NCBI RefSeq assembly: GCF_009834535.1
Contig: NC_045707.1
Location: forward strand, 46,316,001-46,380,000
Direction of reading: 5' to 3'
From: Camelus ferus
Lineage: Eukaryota
Length of the DNA stretch: 64,000 bases
Each line of letters starts with the position of its first letter. The stretch's first letter is position 1. The position numbers and the translations under genes are program-made. Of this stretch, positions 35,344-48,764 are shown piece after piece. The notes under the pieces were generated by a model. The model was not told the origin of the DNA, did no database searches, and saw only the letters and a list, made by a program, of their open reading frames with translations.

Positions 35344-35798
35344 GTCTAATACTCAACTAGAATATAATTAAATGTATCTATCCTACAATTATCTGGATAC
35401 AAAATTCTCTAAATGCATGGGTTTAGCCTCTAGGTTGTTAGAGTTCATACTCACCTTTTGTATTAAGCTGTGATTTCAAACTCATTTTGTTTAGAATTAT
35501 TAGAATGCTTTAAAGTTCAGAGTCATATAGGACTCTCTAGAGAGTTGCAAATAGTTATGAGTTAGCCTTTGATTATTTGGGGCAGAGTATGTCCGGTAGT
35601 CCCCTTCCTTTGAGTATTTCTTTTTTAACCAGCTGAAGTGTGGTTATATTCAGGAATTTTCTCAAATAATAGAGTAGTACCAATTTAGGGTAATATAGAG
35701 CATTATTGTCCACAGGTGGTTTTTAAACCTTGGTTCAGCCAACAACCTCACTCTTTTCTCATTAAAACCCTTAATGGTAACAGTTTGCGTGGCATGTA

Positions 35799-36087
35799 CA
35801 TGCATGCCTCAGAGGATATTGCGGGTTTGGTTGTACAATAAAGTAAGATTTTTTGTTTGTTTCCCAGTGCGTGTAAAAGTTATATTTACACTATTGTGTA
35901 ACGTATTAAGTGTGCAATAGCATTATGTCTAAAAAAATACATTCCTTAATTAAAAAATACTTTACTGTTAAAAAAAATGCTAATTATCATATGACATTAC
36001 AGGGTTACCACCAGCCTGATATGTAAAAAATGCACTGTTCATGAAGTGCAATAAAGAAGTCACATGCAATGAAGTGAGTTATGCCTG
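35799..36087. mobile_element. Tigger1-derived MITE (internal-deletion derivative) with TA target sites
   Basis: TA|CATGCATGCCTCAGAGGATATTGCGGGTTTGG ... GAAGTGAGTTATGCCTG|TA; both Tigger1 ends within ~290 bp. Confidence 0.8.
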
Positions 36088-36903
36088 TAGTTAGTTTTTA
36101 GAGCACTTTTTGGTGATATTGAATGGAGTAACCTTTCAAATATGTAAGAAAGCGAGTGAGAACATTTGAGACACTGAGACTGAATGAATTATTTGAAATC
36201 AAAGTATTAGTAATGGGAATTGGAACTTGAAATTTAATCTTCTTTACATCATGTCCTGACTGTATTTCGGAAACCTGTAGGCTTCACTTTAGTCCTCTCC
36301 TCCTTTTTCTTTCCTGCATGCTCATGTTGTAGTAATGAAATAGTCAAGAGTTGGTCAAGAAGAAAAATCAAGAATGACTCATGTGTGTTAAAAACCTTAG
36401 AAATCAGAAGTCAACATTTTGTCTTGGAAACTTCTAGTTCAGGAAGCTTGAAAGAATGAAATCTTAACAGAAAGATTAGTGAGTCTGTGAGAATTCTTCG
36501 TGTGTGTGTTTTCTAGGTAGTGTGCCTAATGTAAACGAGCTTTACTTTAACTTTGTCACACATAATGTATTAGGTTCAGTAAGTAAGTTTCTCAAGTTGC
36601 CTACTCTGTGTGTACTTTTCAGGGATGTTTATATGAACTATATAAAAATTTGATAGAAGTACTCTTTCCTACTGAGGTTCACATTTCGTAATCTGAACTC
36701 TTCAAATAATCTCATCACATTCTGCCTTTTCCAGTTTGTTCTTTATAGGAGAGCTGTGCTCTGACCAGACTGTTCATGCACTATCCTCTCAGCCTGCTAT
36801 GTGCCTTCTCCCTTCCTTACCAGTCTGCATGTCATTACACCTTCCTGACCTGATTTCTTCTTTTCTAAAATTGAAATTTTACCCTTTCTGTGAAGTTTAA
36901 CTC

Positions 36904-37869
36904 TGCAGGGGAGGAAAAAGTCTGTACCCTCTTAGGGTCTCTGGCTGGGCCTAAGAATTAATTGACATAATATAGATTTATAGGAGAAAAGCATACAAGT
37001 TTAAATAATTTTTTTACATGTACATGGAGAATGAAGACCTGAAGAAGTGACCAGAGCAGGAAGCTTTTACAGATCTTCAATTTACAGTGGGATTAGCACC
37101 CCCATTGTAAATGGATGCGTTTAATATGCCTAATCTACCAAATATCACGGCTTAGCCTAGTCTACCTTAAATGTGCTCGGAGCACTTATACCAGCCTACA
37201 GTTGGACAAAATCATCTGACACAAAGCCTATTTTATAATAAAGTGTTGAGTATCTCATGTAACTTATTGAACACTGTACTGAAAGTGAAAAACAGGATGG
37301 TTGTATGCGTCCAGGACGATTGTAAGTGTATCAGTTCTTGACCCCCTTGACTGTGAGGAGCTGCACGCGGTGCTGCTGTCCAGCATTACGAGAGAGCATT
37401 GTACTGCATATTGGTAGGCTGGGAAAAGAGCAAAATTAAAAATTTGAAGTATAGTTTCTACTGAATGCAAACTGCTTTCTCACCATGTTAAAGTCAAGAA
37501 AGTCTTAAGTCAGGGTCTATCTTTATATCTTATAGTCAAAGAAATAATAAATTTGTGGAAAACTGACAAGACAAAGGGGTTTGGACTAGGAGGGGGCAAA
37601 TTGTGGAGAAGTGACCAGGAAGTTGAGGGCTAATTTAACGAGTTTGTACAGATTTCTCGGCTTTGATTTCCCTGTCTCTGGTGATAGAATGTCTGCCTTT
37701 CTCCTGGTACTGGGAGGGCACCTTTCATGTGGGAATTTTATCTCCTGCTTTCTAGAAGAAAACTGAGGGTCAGAGTGCTCCTTTTGCATCTGCTGTTTCT
37801 CAGGTGCCTTAAACTCAATTATTATACCAAAGCAGTATATTTTGGGGTAACATGTTCTGAACCCCTTCA
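36904..37869 (-). mobile_element. MER34-like ERV1 solo LTR, antisense, interrupted by MER47
   Basis: TG...CA ends; ATAGGAGAAAAGCATACAAGTTTA and TATACCAAAGCAGTATATTTTGGGGTAACATGTTCTGAACCCCTTCA are reverse complements of MER34-type motifs. Confidence 0.75.
37070..37523 (+). mobile_element. MER47/Tigger5 DNA transposon
   Basis: GCTTAGCCTAGTCTACCTTAAATGTGCTC, CCTACAGTTGGACAAAATCATCTGACACAAAGCCTATTTTATAATAAAGTGTTG; TA on both flanks. Confidence 0.85.
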
Positions 37870-38958
37870 CGTCTGAAAGCCTATAGAATGTATTTTGCCT
37901 GTTGTACTCATTTGATACTTTATATTGTGTTGTTTGACCATCTATGTATGTCTTACCTTCTTAACTAGATTGTAACCTCTTTAGGGGCAGGACATCACAT
38001 CTCAATGAGCTGTATCCTTAGTCTCTTCCAAATAGAAGTTGCTGAATAAATGTCTATTAGGAATGAGGGATGTGCGTTTCTACATTTTTCTCTCCTCCCC
38101 TAGTGTAGTGAAAATGAATCTTAGAGTAACTGAAGGAGGAAGGGCAACTATAAACCATAAGAAAGGGGATTAAAGAGAGGGTATTCACTGGAATTAGAGG
38201 TAAAGGTTCTGTTCCTAGAAAGTGAATATTTGAGAATTTCCCATGACAATATCAGCAGTAAGGACTCCCTCAGGAATGCTAGCACTATTCCATAGTGGGC
38301 TTGGGAGTTTGGTCAATTTCCTAGTTCTTTTAGTAGAATCTTGGTTTTAAAAAACACTTACCCCCACTCTTTTTCACCCTTTCCTCTTCCCTGCCTCCTT
38401 CCGTTTCTCTCTCCCTATCTCCCCATCTTTCCCCTTTCCATTTTACTTCTTACCTGGTAAAGACTTAACTTGTGAAATTATGTCAGTACTTTCATTTGGC
38501 CCTCACAAATTAGCAATTTTCTTAAGTTTTACTTTTTTCCATCAGGGCTGCCTCTCTGGGTCATGGAAAGATCACACATTCTGTGATCTAGCACTTTTTT
38601 TTTTTTTTTAAGTTTAACTGAGATGTAATCCAGGAAGAAAGAAATTAAAGTTACCTAGTGTCCAGTTATTTGTTCTCTGTATATTGTAACCTCAAACTGC
38701 TTTTGGATTGAAATTCATAGAGATAGGAGAAACCTAAACCTAGCCATTCTCTTTTGGAAAGCATGTATCGCTCTCAAAATATGTCTTTAAATAAGTTCTA
38801 GGTAATTTTTATAGTCTTACTGTGAATCCTGTGTCTCATACTTGTGACAAAGAGTTACTTTAATTAAGGGTATAAAAAAGTTGTGTGTCAGAGTGCTTTT
38901 ATAAATCTTGGTTCGATTCAGTTGTTTTTAGTGAGCTAGCTGTCTTCTTTTCTGAGTT

Positions 38959-38999
38959 GTTGCCCAGTAACACAATTGCAGTATAGCATAGCAACCAAT
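38959..38999. promoter_or_regulatory. Second X-box, an X-box half site and a CCAAT box in intron 1
   Basis: GTTGCCCAGTAAC (38959-38971); CATAGCAAC (38987-38995); CCAAT (38995-38999). Confidence 0.45.
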
Positions 39000-40647
39000 G
39001 GGAACATTAGCATTGGACTACAGGGATTTTCCCAATAATGTTGCAGTGCCTGTCTCTAGCGTTCGTGTTCAATCTGTCTTTCTCAACTGAGTCACGTTAA
39101 GGCAGACATTTGAGGTATTGTTAAAGTGAAAGGGCATATGATATTAAGTATACATTTTCTGAGTGCTAACAAATTATAACTTGCACATTTTTCATGTAGA
39201 GATGTGTGATAAATACACATTGAATTATGGTACATGAAGAATGTGTGAAAAGACTGGTTTAATTAAAGATTAGTCTATTCTGGACCGAAAAACTATTAAA
39301 TAGTAATTAACATCAGAGCTCTCCACAACTGATACAGCCACCCAGAGCAGGGTGGATGAAGTTGAAATAGTTCCTCTCTAGAAAACATTTTTATATTACT
39401 TCTGGAGGTTCATGAAGAGCTTAGATCAATAAGCATGAATTAATAGGCACCCTGATTTTGTGGAAAGAGAATTCTGATTCAGGCAACCATGGCTTGAGTA
39501 AGTTACTTAACCTTTCTTGGCCTATTTTCTCATCTGAAAAAAATAATTCCTGAAGGTTTCTTTGAGAAATTGTATCCTTCCAATTTAAAGCAAAATTTCT
39601 TTATCCTATTCATTGGTTTAATAAATATTCAAGTGCCTATTATGTGTCTTGCATTATGCTAGGTATTGGGGACATGGCGAATAAGATATAGTGTCAAGTC
39701 TCAAGTAGCTTGTTCGGTGGGAGAAACAGATAAAGTAAATAATTACTTGAAGTATAACATGGGAAGTGCTATAAAGACAAATAAGGGTGTGTTCTGGAGG
39801 CATGTAGGGAGGACATCTGACCTAGAACTGCAGACAGAATACACTGTGATTGAGAAATGCCTCATTAGAATTATGTAACTGTAATCTGAGGGTACAGAGA
39901 AGTATTCAACCTGGGCGGAGGAGGGATTAATCAGTCAAGGAAAACTGGGGAGAAATTTCTCTGAATTGGAGAGACACAGAAGTCCTCAGCAATAGAGGTA
40001 GTTCAGATCCTGGAGAGAAAAAAGAATATGAAAACGAATATATGGAATATATTTGTATATATACATGACTGGAACATTGTGCTGTACATTGGAAAATGAC
40101 ACATTTTAACTGACTACTTCAATTTTAAAAAGTTCCAAGAGAAATGTGTGTCACATTTAGTTTATTGATTAAATGGAAGTTACTAGTCAAGAAACATTGT
40201 GTAGCACTATAAATGTAAACCCATTTACACAAAGATGCTCTCCACAGAGATCTGAACTTGCAAGTGGGGATAGGTTAAGTCTTTGGTTAGCATCATAACA
40301 GAAGTAGGTTTTGGAGCCTGAATCCTGAGATTGAAGATGGCTCTATCATTTTAGAGCTTGACATTTTGGACCAGTTACTTAATTTTGGGGTCATCAGAGT
40401 CCTCACGTGTGAAATGATAGTTTTGCTTTATTTTTCACTGGGTCGTCAGTGTCTTCATGTGTAAAATGATACTTTTTTTTCCCCCCTCAAGACACACATG
40501 GATTGAAAGACAAATGTTGTAATGCCTGACTCAGTTATAGTGGGCACTTGTTAATGTTTTGTTTTTTACGTAGAAAGAGATTTGTTTAATCTTTGTCACA
40601 ATCTACACAGTTAGCAAGGACTGGAATAAAGATGTGTCTCACTGATC

Positions 40648-41787
40648 TTTTTTTTTTTAATTGAAGTACAGTCAGTTACAGTGTGTCAATTTCTGGTGTA
40701 CAGCACAGTGTCTCAGTCATGCATATACATACATGTATTTGTTTTCATTAAACATTGTAAGGTATTGAACATAGTTCCCTGTGCTATACAGAAGAAACTT
40801 TTTTTAAAATCTATTTTTGTGTATAGTGGCTAACATTTGTGAATCTCAAACTCCCAAATTTATTCCTTCACACCCGCTTTCCTGTGTAACCATAAGATTG
40901 TTAGCTATGTCTGTGAGTCTGTTTCTGTTTTGTAGATGAGTTCATAGTGTCCTTTTTGTTTTTCTTTATTTTTTTTTTTTTTAGATGCATTGTATAAGTG
41001 GTATCATATGGTATTTTTCTTTCTCTTTCTGGCTTACTTCACTTTGAATGACAATCTCTAGGTCCATCCATGTTGCTGCAAGTGGCATTATTTTATTCTT
41101 TTTTATGGCTGAGTAGTATTCTATTGTATAAATATACCACAGCTTCTTTATCCAATCATCTGTTGATAGACATTTAGGTTGTTTCCATGTCTTGGCTATT
41201 GTATATAGTGCTGCTATGAACACTCAGGTGCATGTATCTTTTCGCATTGGAGTTCTCTCTGGATATGTGCTCAGCAGTGGGATTGCTGAATCATACGGTA
41301 AGTCTATTTTTAGTCTTTTTGAGGAATCTCCGTACTGTTTTCCATAATGGCTGCACCAAACTGCATTCCCACCAGCAGTGTAGGAGGGCTCCCTTTTCTT
41401 CACAGCCTCTCCAGCATTTATCATTTGTGGACTTTTGAATGATGGCCACTCTGACTGGTGTGAGCTGATACCTCATTGTAGTTTTAATTTGCATTTCTCT
41501 GATAATTAGCGATATTTGTATGTCTTCACTGGAGAATTGCTTGTTTAGGTCTTCTGCCCATTTTTGGATTGGGTTGTTTTGTTTTTTTTCTTAAGTTGTA
41601 TGAGCTGTTTATATATTCTGGAAATCAAGCCCTTGTCTGGCTCATCTTTTGCAAATATTTTTTCCCATTCCGTAGGTTGTCTATTTGTTTTGCTTATGGT
41701 TTCCTTTGCTGTGCAAAAGCTTCTAAGTTTAATTAGGTCTCATTTGTTTATTTTTGCTTTTGTTTCTATTGCTTGGGTAGATGGATA
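40648..41787 (-). mobile_element. Young lineage L1 3' end, antisense
   Basis: Poly(T) then ATTGAAGTACAGTCAGTTACA; minus-strand peptides [19 protein letters not shown] and [18 protein letters not shown]. Confidence 0.95.
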
Positions 41788-41789
41788 AA

Positions 41790-44700
41790 AATTTTTTTAT
41801 CAGAGAGATATTTACAAAGATTTTCTCCCAGTTTGTGGCTTTTTAAAAAAATTCTTACTGTCTTTACAGTGCAAGAGTTTTAAATGAAGTCTTATCAATT
41901 TTTTTCTTTATGGCTTATGCTTTTGATTATGTGGTTCAGAACTTTTTGCCTAGTTGAAGGTCATAAAGGTTTTCTCCTGGGTTTTCTCTTAGCTCCTTCA
42001 TTTAGATTTAAGATCCCTATTGAATTAACTTTTGTGTGGTGTAAGATAAGGTCTGTGTTCTTTAATTTTTTTATGTCAAGTGGATGCCAACTTGTCCTAG
42101 CACTATTTGTTAAAAAGGCTGTTCTTTCCCCCCTTGAATTTATACCTTTGTAAAAAAAAAAAAATCAGTTGCCTATAACATTAGTTACTTCCTATAGTCT
42201 TATTTCTTTTTTATCTAAAGTCCTATACTTACTGTAATACCACACTATTAATTACTGTCGTGTTATTGTAAGTTTTAAGATGGATAGTGTTAATCCTCCA
42301 GCTTTTTCAAGTGATTCTAGATCCTTTCTATTTGCATGTAAGATTTAGGATCAATTTGTTAATTTCTACAGAAAAATTGCTGGGATTTCATAGGATTTGC
42401 ATTGAATCCATAGATCAACGTGGGAAGAATTGCTAACTTAAAATTGAGTCTTCCCATCCATGACCGTGTAATGTCTCTCCATTATTTAGATCTTTAATTT
42501 CTCTCAACACTTTTAAAATTTTCAATATATAAATATTGGACTTCTTTTTATTAAGTTTACTCCTAAGAATTTGGTAACTTTTGATGCTCTTGAGAATGGA
42601 GTTTTGATAATTTGATTTTTAGGTTGTTCATTGTTAGCATATAGAATTGCAGTCAATTTTTGATTATTGTTTCTACATAGATGATTGTGTCAAATTTTCT
42701 TTCCAATCTGAATGTTAATACATTTTATCATTTATTTTTGCCTTATTGTAATGGCTAGAACCTTCAGTAAGATATTGAATAGAAGTGTTGAGAGTGCTGT
42801 TGGTCTTAGGGGGAAAATATGCAAATTTTTACTATTAAGTGTCATATTAGCTGTATGTTTTCCGTGGATGCCCTTTGTTAGATTGAGGAAGTTTCTTTCT
42901 GTTCCTAGTTTTTTGAGAGTTTTTAAGCATGAATGGGTTTACTTGAATTCTGTCAGATTTTCCTTTGCTTCCAATGAGAGGGTCATATGGTTTTTATCCT
43001 CTATTCTGTTAATATGGCATAGCACATTAATTGAGTTTCAGATATTAAATTAACCCTGTATTCCTGGGATCAATTTCATTTAGTCATGCTGTATAATCTT
43101 TTTTTTTTTGTTGGGGGGAGGTATTAGGTTTCTTTCTTTTTCTTTCTCCCTCTCCCTGCTCCTCCCCTTTCTCTCTCCCTTCCTCCCTCCCTTTCTCTCC
43201 CTTCCTCCTTCCATCCCTCCACTCCCACCCCCTCCCTCTCTCTTTCTTTCTTCCTTTCTTTTCTTCCTATAATGGAGATTGAACCTTGGACCAAGTGCAT
43301 AATACTAAGCAGGCACTTTACCACTGAGCAATTCCCTCCTCCTAATAATCTTTTATATGTTGCTGAATTTGGTTTACTTAAATTTGATTGATTAGTCTTG
43401 TGTCTATGTTCATGAGGGATTTTGGTCTATTGCCTTCATTTCTCTTAGTCTAGCTTTGGTATCAGGGCAACATTGGTCTCATAGAAGGCATTGCAAGGTG
43501 TTTCCCTTCTAATTTTTTGAAGTAGTTTCAAAAAGATTGCTATTACTTCTTTAACAATTAGATAGCACTTACAAAGCGAAGCTATGGAGGCCTGAGCTTT
43601 TCTTTGTGCGAAGATTTTTAGTTCTAATTCAGTTTCCTCGTTTGTTATATTTCTATTCAGATTTTTAATTTTTTGATACTTGTGTTTCCAGAAATTAGTT
43701 GATTTCATATAAATTGTCTTAAGTTGTTGATGTAAAGTTCATGCTTTTAAAAGTCTTTTAAATTACTGTAAGGTTGGTAATGATGTTCCCTCTTTCATTA
43801 TTTTGGTAATTTATATCTTATTTTTTGGTGAATCTATTTGTCAATTTTGTTGATCTTTTCAAAGAACCAACCTTCTATTTCATTGGTTCCCCCCCCTCCC
43901 CCATTTTGTTGGTTTCCATTTTAATACTTCCTTCTACTACCTTCTGCTTGCTTTGGGCTTAGTGTGCTTCCCCCTACTCCCCAGTTTTCTAAGGTAGAAA
44001 CTTAGGCTATTGATTTGTGACCTTTTTTTTTTCTGATACATGTTTAAAACTATAAATTTCCCTGTAAGCACTGCTTTAACTGCATTTTGTTCCATATGCT
44101 GTTTGTTTTCCTTCAATTCAAAATATATTAAAAATTTTTTCCTTGTGTTTTCTTTGATCTATGGATTATTTAGAAGTGTATTGTTGAATTTACTGATACT
44201 TGGGAATGTTCCCAGATTTCTTTCTATTGTGGCACTCTAAATTAATTCAGTCATGATCAGATAATGTAACTTTAATAATTTCAATAGTTTTCAGTTTATT
44301 GAGACTTATGGCTCAGTATTGTGGAGAGTGTTCCATGTTTGTTGAAAGAATGTATATTCTTTAGTTTTTAGGTGGAGTGTTCAGTCAGTTATATTCAGTT
44401 CATTGATAGTGTTGATCAAGTTTTCTACATCCTTGCAGATTTTCTGCATTGTTTTAGCAATCATTATACTCTGTAACTATTTTTGTTGAATTGTCTATTT
44501 TTCTTTTTATATATCTTGATTTTTTTGGTCACGTATTTTGTGGTACTGTTGTAGATACATATACACTTACAATTGTTATATCGTCTTGAGGTATAGTGAC
44601 CCTTTTGTCATCATGAAATATCCTGCCTTATGTTTAGTAGTATGTCTCGTTTTCAATTCCATTTTGTCTTTTTGGTACTGTAGCTACTCTGGTTTTCTTA

Positions 44701-46700
44701 TGGTTTCCTTTCACATGGTATATTTTTTGTTTTTTCTTAGTTTTAACACTTTTATGTCTTTGAACCTAGGGTACGTGTCTTATAGGCAGCATACAGTTGG
44801 GTCTTGTTTTTTTAATCCAGTCTTACATTCTCTGCCTTTTGAATGAGGTTGTTTAGTTGATTCACATTTAATGTAATTGTTGATACTGTTGGATTTACAT
44901 CTGCCATATTGTAATTTGTTGTCTGTCTCATTTTTTTTCTCTTTTGTTCCTTCACTGACTTTCTGTGTTAAATATTCCTTATTATACCATTATAATTCTT
45001 CTGTTGATTTCTTTTACTATGTTATTTTCATAGTGATTGCTTTACGGATTATAATATACATTTTAACTTATTTTAGTCTTTTTCAGAATAGTACTGAATT
45101 CTAGTAAATTAAAGAAACTTTGCTCCAGTATAGCTCTTTTTTCCTCTTCCCTTTTTGTGCTGTTATTGTCATATATTTTACAGCTATGCATATAAAACCC
45201 CCAACAGCACAGCACTTTAATTGTTGCTTTATACAATGTTACTTCTTTAAAAGAAATGAAGGAAAGAAATGAGAACAATTATATTTTTAGAGTTTTTTGT
45301 ATTTACCTATATAATTAAAATTTCCAACATGCTTTATTTCTTTTCAAATGAAAGTCAGTTTTCTACTTCCAGGTGCGACTTCATCTAGAAAATTTTCCTT
45401 TAATATTTCTCATCAGGTGTTTCTGAGAACAATAATCTCTCAGTCTTTTCCTGGAAATAACTTTCACTGTTATTTTGAAGGACTGTTTTGCTGAATATAG
45501 AATTCTTATTTGAGAGCTTTTTTGTTTGTTTGTTTTAAATTACTTCACTCGCTCCCACCTCATTTCTGATGGGGTGCCACTTGTTTATATTATTGTTCTC
45601 TTATATCTGATGAGTCATTTTTCTCTTGCTCCTTGTAAGTTTTTCTTTGTCTTTGTGTACCAGCCTTTTGACTGTGGCATGTCTTGGTGTTGATCTCTTT
45701 GTTGGATTTGGTGGGCTTCTTGTATAGATAAATTAATGTTTTTCATCAAATTTGGGATGTTTTCAGCCATTATTTCTTGAGACTTTTTTCTGCCTTTCTC
45801 TCTTTTTTCTCTTTTTCTGGAACTCTCATTACATGTATGTTGGTAACGCTTTGTATTGTCACACAGTTCTGGTCATTTCTCTTCAGTCCTTTTTTTATTC
45901 CCCCTCTGTTCTTTAGAGTGGATGCTTTGTACTGATCTGTCTTCAGGTTCATTGGTTCTGTCTTCTGTTGTCCCAAGACTACTCTTGAGCCCACCTAGTA
46001 AGTTTTCATTTCAGTAATTATCCTTTTCAACTTCACAGTTTCCATTTTAAAAAACAGTTTCTATCACCTCTTTGAGATTTTCAGTCCTCTGAGTCATTGT
46101 TATCTTACTTTTATTAAATTCTTTAAATACAATTTTATTTAATTCTTTGAGCATACTTTTTATAGCTTCTTTGAACTTTTTGTCAGCCATATCTAATATC
46201 TGGGGGCACCCAGAGACAGCTTTCATTTGCTGTTTTCCTTCCTAGGTTTGGGTCATACTTTTTGTTTTGTTTTGTTTTTTGCTTATAATCTTTTGTTGAA
46301 TGCTGGATATTTTAGATAATATTTTGAAACAACTCTCTATTTTGACTTTTTTTCTCAAAGGTTGATGTTTTCTGTTTGTTTGTTTAGTAACTTGCCTGAT
46401 CTAAATTTGTGAAGTCTGTTTCCCATACATTGTGTAATTCTTGATATGTCTGCTATTTTTATTTATTTTTAAACCTGGCTTACTATTTCTGCATAGCTTA
46501 GTGTTCAACCAAGGGTTGGTCAGAGGTTGTGTTCAAACAACTTGGATTAGTATGGCTAATGCTAATACTAAAATGGCTAATACTAGTGATGGATCTGTGT
46601 GGACTGGGGAGCATATTCAAACACAGGTCATTTTCAAGTCTGCCCTGGCTTTTACTTTCCACGAGCCTCTCTTGCATCTTTTCTTTGTATATTCTTAGCT
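41790..46700 (-). mobile_element. Old degenerate L1 spanning ORF2 to ORF1, antisense
   Basis: Minus-strand remnants NAFYETNVALIPK (ORF2) and NIHVMRVPEKEKKERKAEK (ORF1-like); T-rich + strand. Confidence 0.8.
43099..43340 (-). mobile_element. tRNA-derived SINE (vic-1-like), antisense, with internal purine/pyrimidine microsatellite
   Basis: Reverse complement reads GGAGGGAATTGCTCAGTGGTAAAGTGCC...GGTTCAATCTCC...AAACCTAATACCTCCCCCC-poly(A); TSD ATAATCTTTT at 43093-43102 and 43345-43354. Confidence 0.85.
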
Positions 46701-47164
46701 CTCTTGGATAAGGATATGTAGCTGACCTGGGCCTGCTCCAGTCTAGTGCACATGCTTACAGTCTTTGTTTAACATGGGTCTTCCTATCCAGAGTTTAGTT
46801 GTTTTTGTGAATAGACACTTCCCTGTTTGTTGTATGATTGAATTCCAGAGCACTGAAGTGGTTGTTTTTTGGCTTTTTGTTGAGAGGATTTGTTGACCTG
46901 TTCATCTCATGCTGGAAGTAAGTCTATTTTTTTGGTTTATGTGTAGAATTCTCTCAGGAAGATAAAGCTTGTCCCATCCTTATTTTATATTACTCATAAT
47001 CCTTTGTACAATATTAGATACTTTTTAGTCACTCTCAATGTATTTGAATCAAATTTCCTTATTTTCCTCAATCATCAGATTATAAGGCACTTGAGCTTGG
47101 GGAATTCCAAGGCCTACATAATTTCTTGCTTTCCCTATCCTTTTGATAATTGGAAGAAACTGCT

Positions 47165-47660
47165 TACCATTCACTCAACAAGTGTTTATTGACTTCCTGT
47201 GATGTTCCAGCTATTGTGAGGGTTTGAGGGGTATAAAGATGACTAAGGCATAATCTCTGATCTCAAGGAGGTGTTAACCTAATGAAGGAGATTGGTATAT
47301 AAATAGCTGATTATATTGATATGGATACATATGTGACATCATGGAAGAGATCACAAAGATACTTAGCTCAGAATGGATTGGGAGAAAAGAAAAAGTGAAG
47401 CATCCATGAAAGACTGTCAGAAAGAGGTAACGACTGAGTTGAATATTAAAATGAGTGAAGGGTGAGATTAAGAGATTGCATTCTAGGAGGGGAGGTCAGC
47501 ATGAGGTGAGAAAAAGCATGATATGTTCAATGAACCACAAGCAGTTTAATGTTAAAGCATAAGTACCTATCAGGGAGTTGTGAGAGAACAGGATGGAAGG
47601 GTAGAGAGGGCTTAGATTGTGAGGGGTATCAAGAAGTTTGGATTAAACTTTATTGACCAG
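47165..47660 (-). mobile_element. L2 3' fragment, antisense
   Basis: CATTCACTCAACAAGTGTTTATTGA..CTGTGATGTTCCAG..AAAGATGACTAAGGCATAATCTCTGATCTCAAGGAG. Confidence 0.7.
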
Positions 47661-48764
47661 TTCTCCAGAACTGTGTATGGGAAGTACTTTGGATTTTGTC
47701 AAGGTTTGATTTGAATTTTTAGCTGTATCTTCTAACTCTGAAAACCACAATAAGAGATAATAAAAGATGTTCAGCTGTGGTTTAAGCTGAATTTTAAAAC
47801 ATTAGAGACCAGTAGCATATTAACTGGTATGAAATGAAAGATCTGATATGTGTCTTTAAAATAGCATTTTTTAAAAATTGAAGTATGGTTGATTTACAAT
47901 ATTGTGTTTTAGGTATACAGCAAAGTGATTTAATTATACACATGTATTTTTTTTTCAGATGCTTCTCCATTGTAGGTTATTACTAAAATAACATTTTATG
48001 ACCTTAAGTTTTTATTAATATACATGAGTAAAATGAAAGTCTGTTATAAATAAGATTGAATTTGCAAAAGAAGCTCAATTGCTAAAATTGTTTGAAAATT
48101 TCTATTATGGATAAAATGCAGTTGATAAGGGAATTTTAAGTTGAGTCATAGATTTAGTAATTTTGTAGAGTATGGATTTGAGGCTGATAACAACCAGATT
48201 TTGTTTTTAGTATATTTTTTGAGTGTTTATTCCATAAACTTGCACGGAAAGGAACGGAATTTTAGAACTTCTGGATTATTTCCTGAAGTGGAAGCTAGAA
48301 GTCTTAGTCTCTTTTATATTTGGTCACTATTTTCTGATGTGAAAAAGGAAACCTTTTTTCCCTCTACTTTGGTCTTCAAGTGGACTTGAAGGTTCCTCTC
48401 CTTTTTTCCAATGACATTTTCCCTCTGACTATATACAACTTACTTATGTTGTAAAATAAGAAAAGTGCAGGAAATGCACAAATAATAAAATCACACATAT
48501 CATCCAGAGGTAATCTTATTAATATTTTAGTGTCTATCCTTTTCTCTTTCTCTGTGCGTGTATACACATGTAAATATGCTTTTCACAAAATAAGGATTAT
48601 AAAACATTTTATAATTTGCTTTTTCCACTTTTATGACAAACATTTACCAGTGTTATCAAATATTTTTCATCAACTTTTTTTTTTGAAGAAAAATTTAACT
48701 GGGATATCATCTGGACCAAGAGTTTCAGGAAAATCTTGTTTCTAAAGGCCGTAATGTTTATTTT

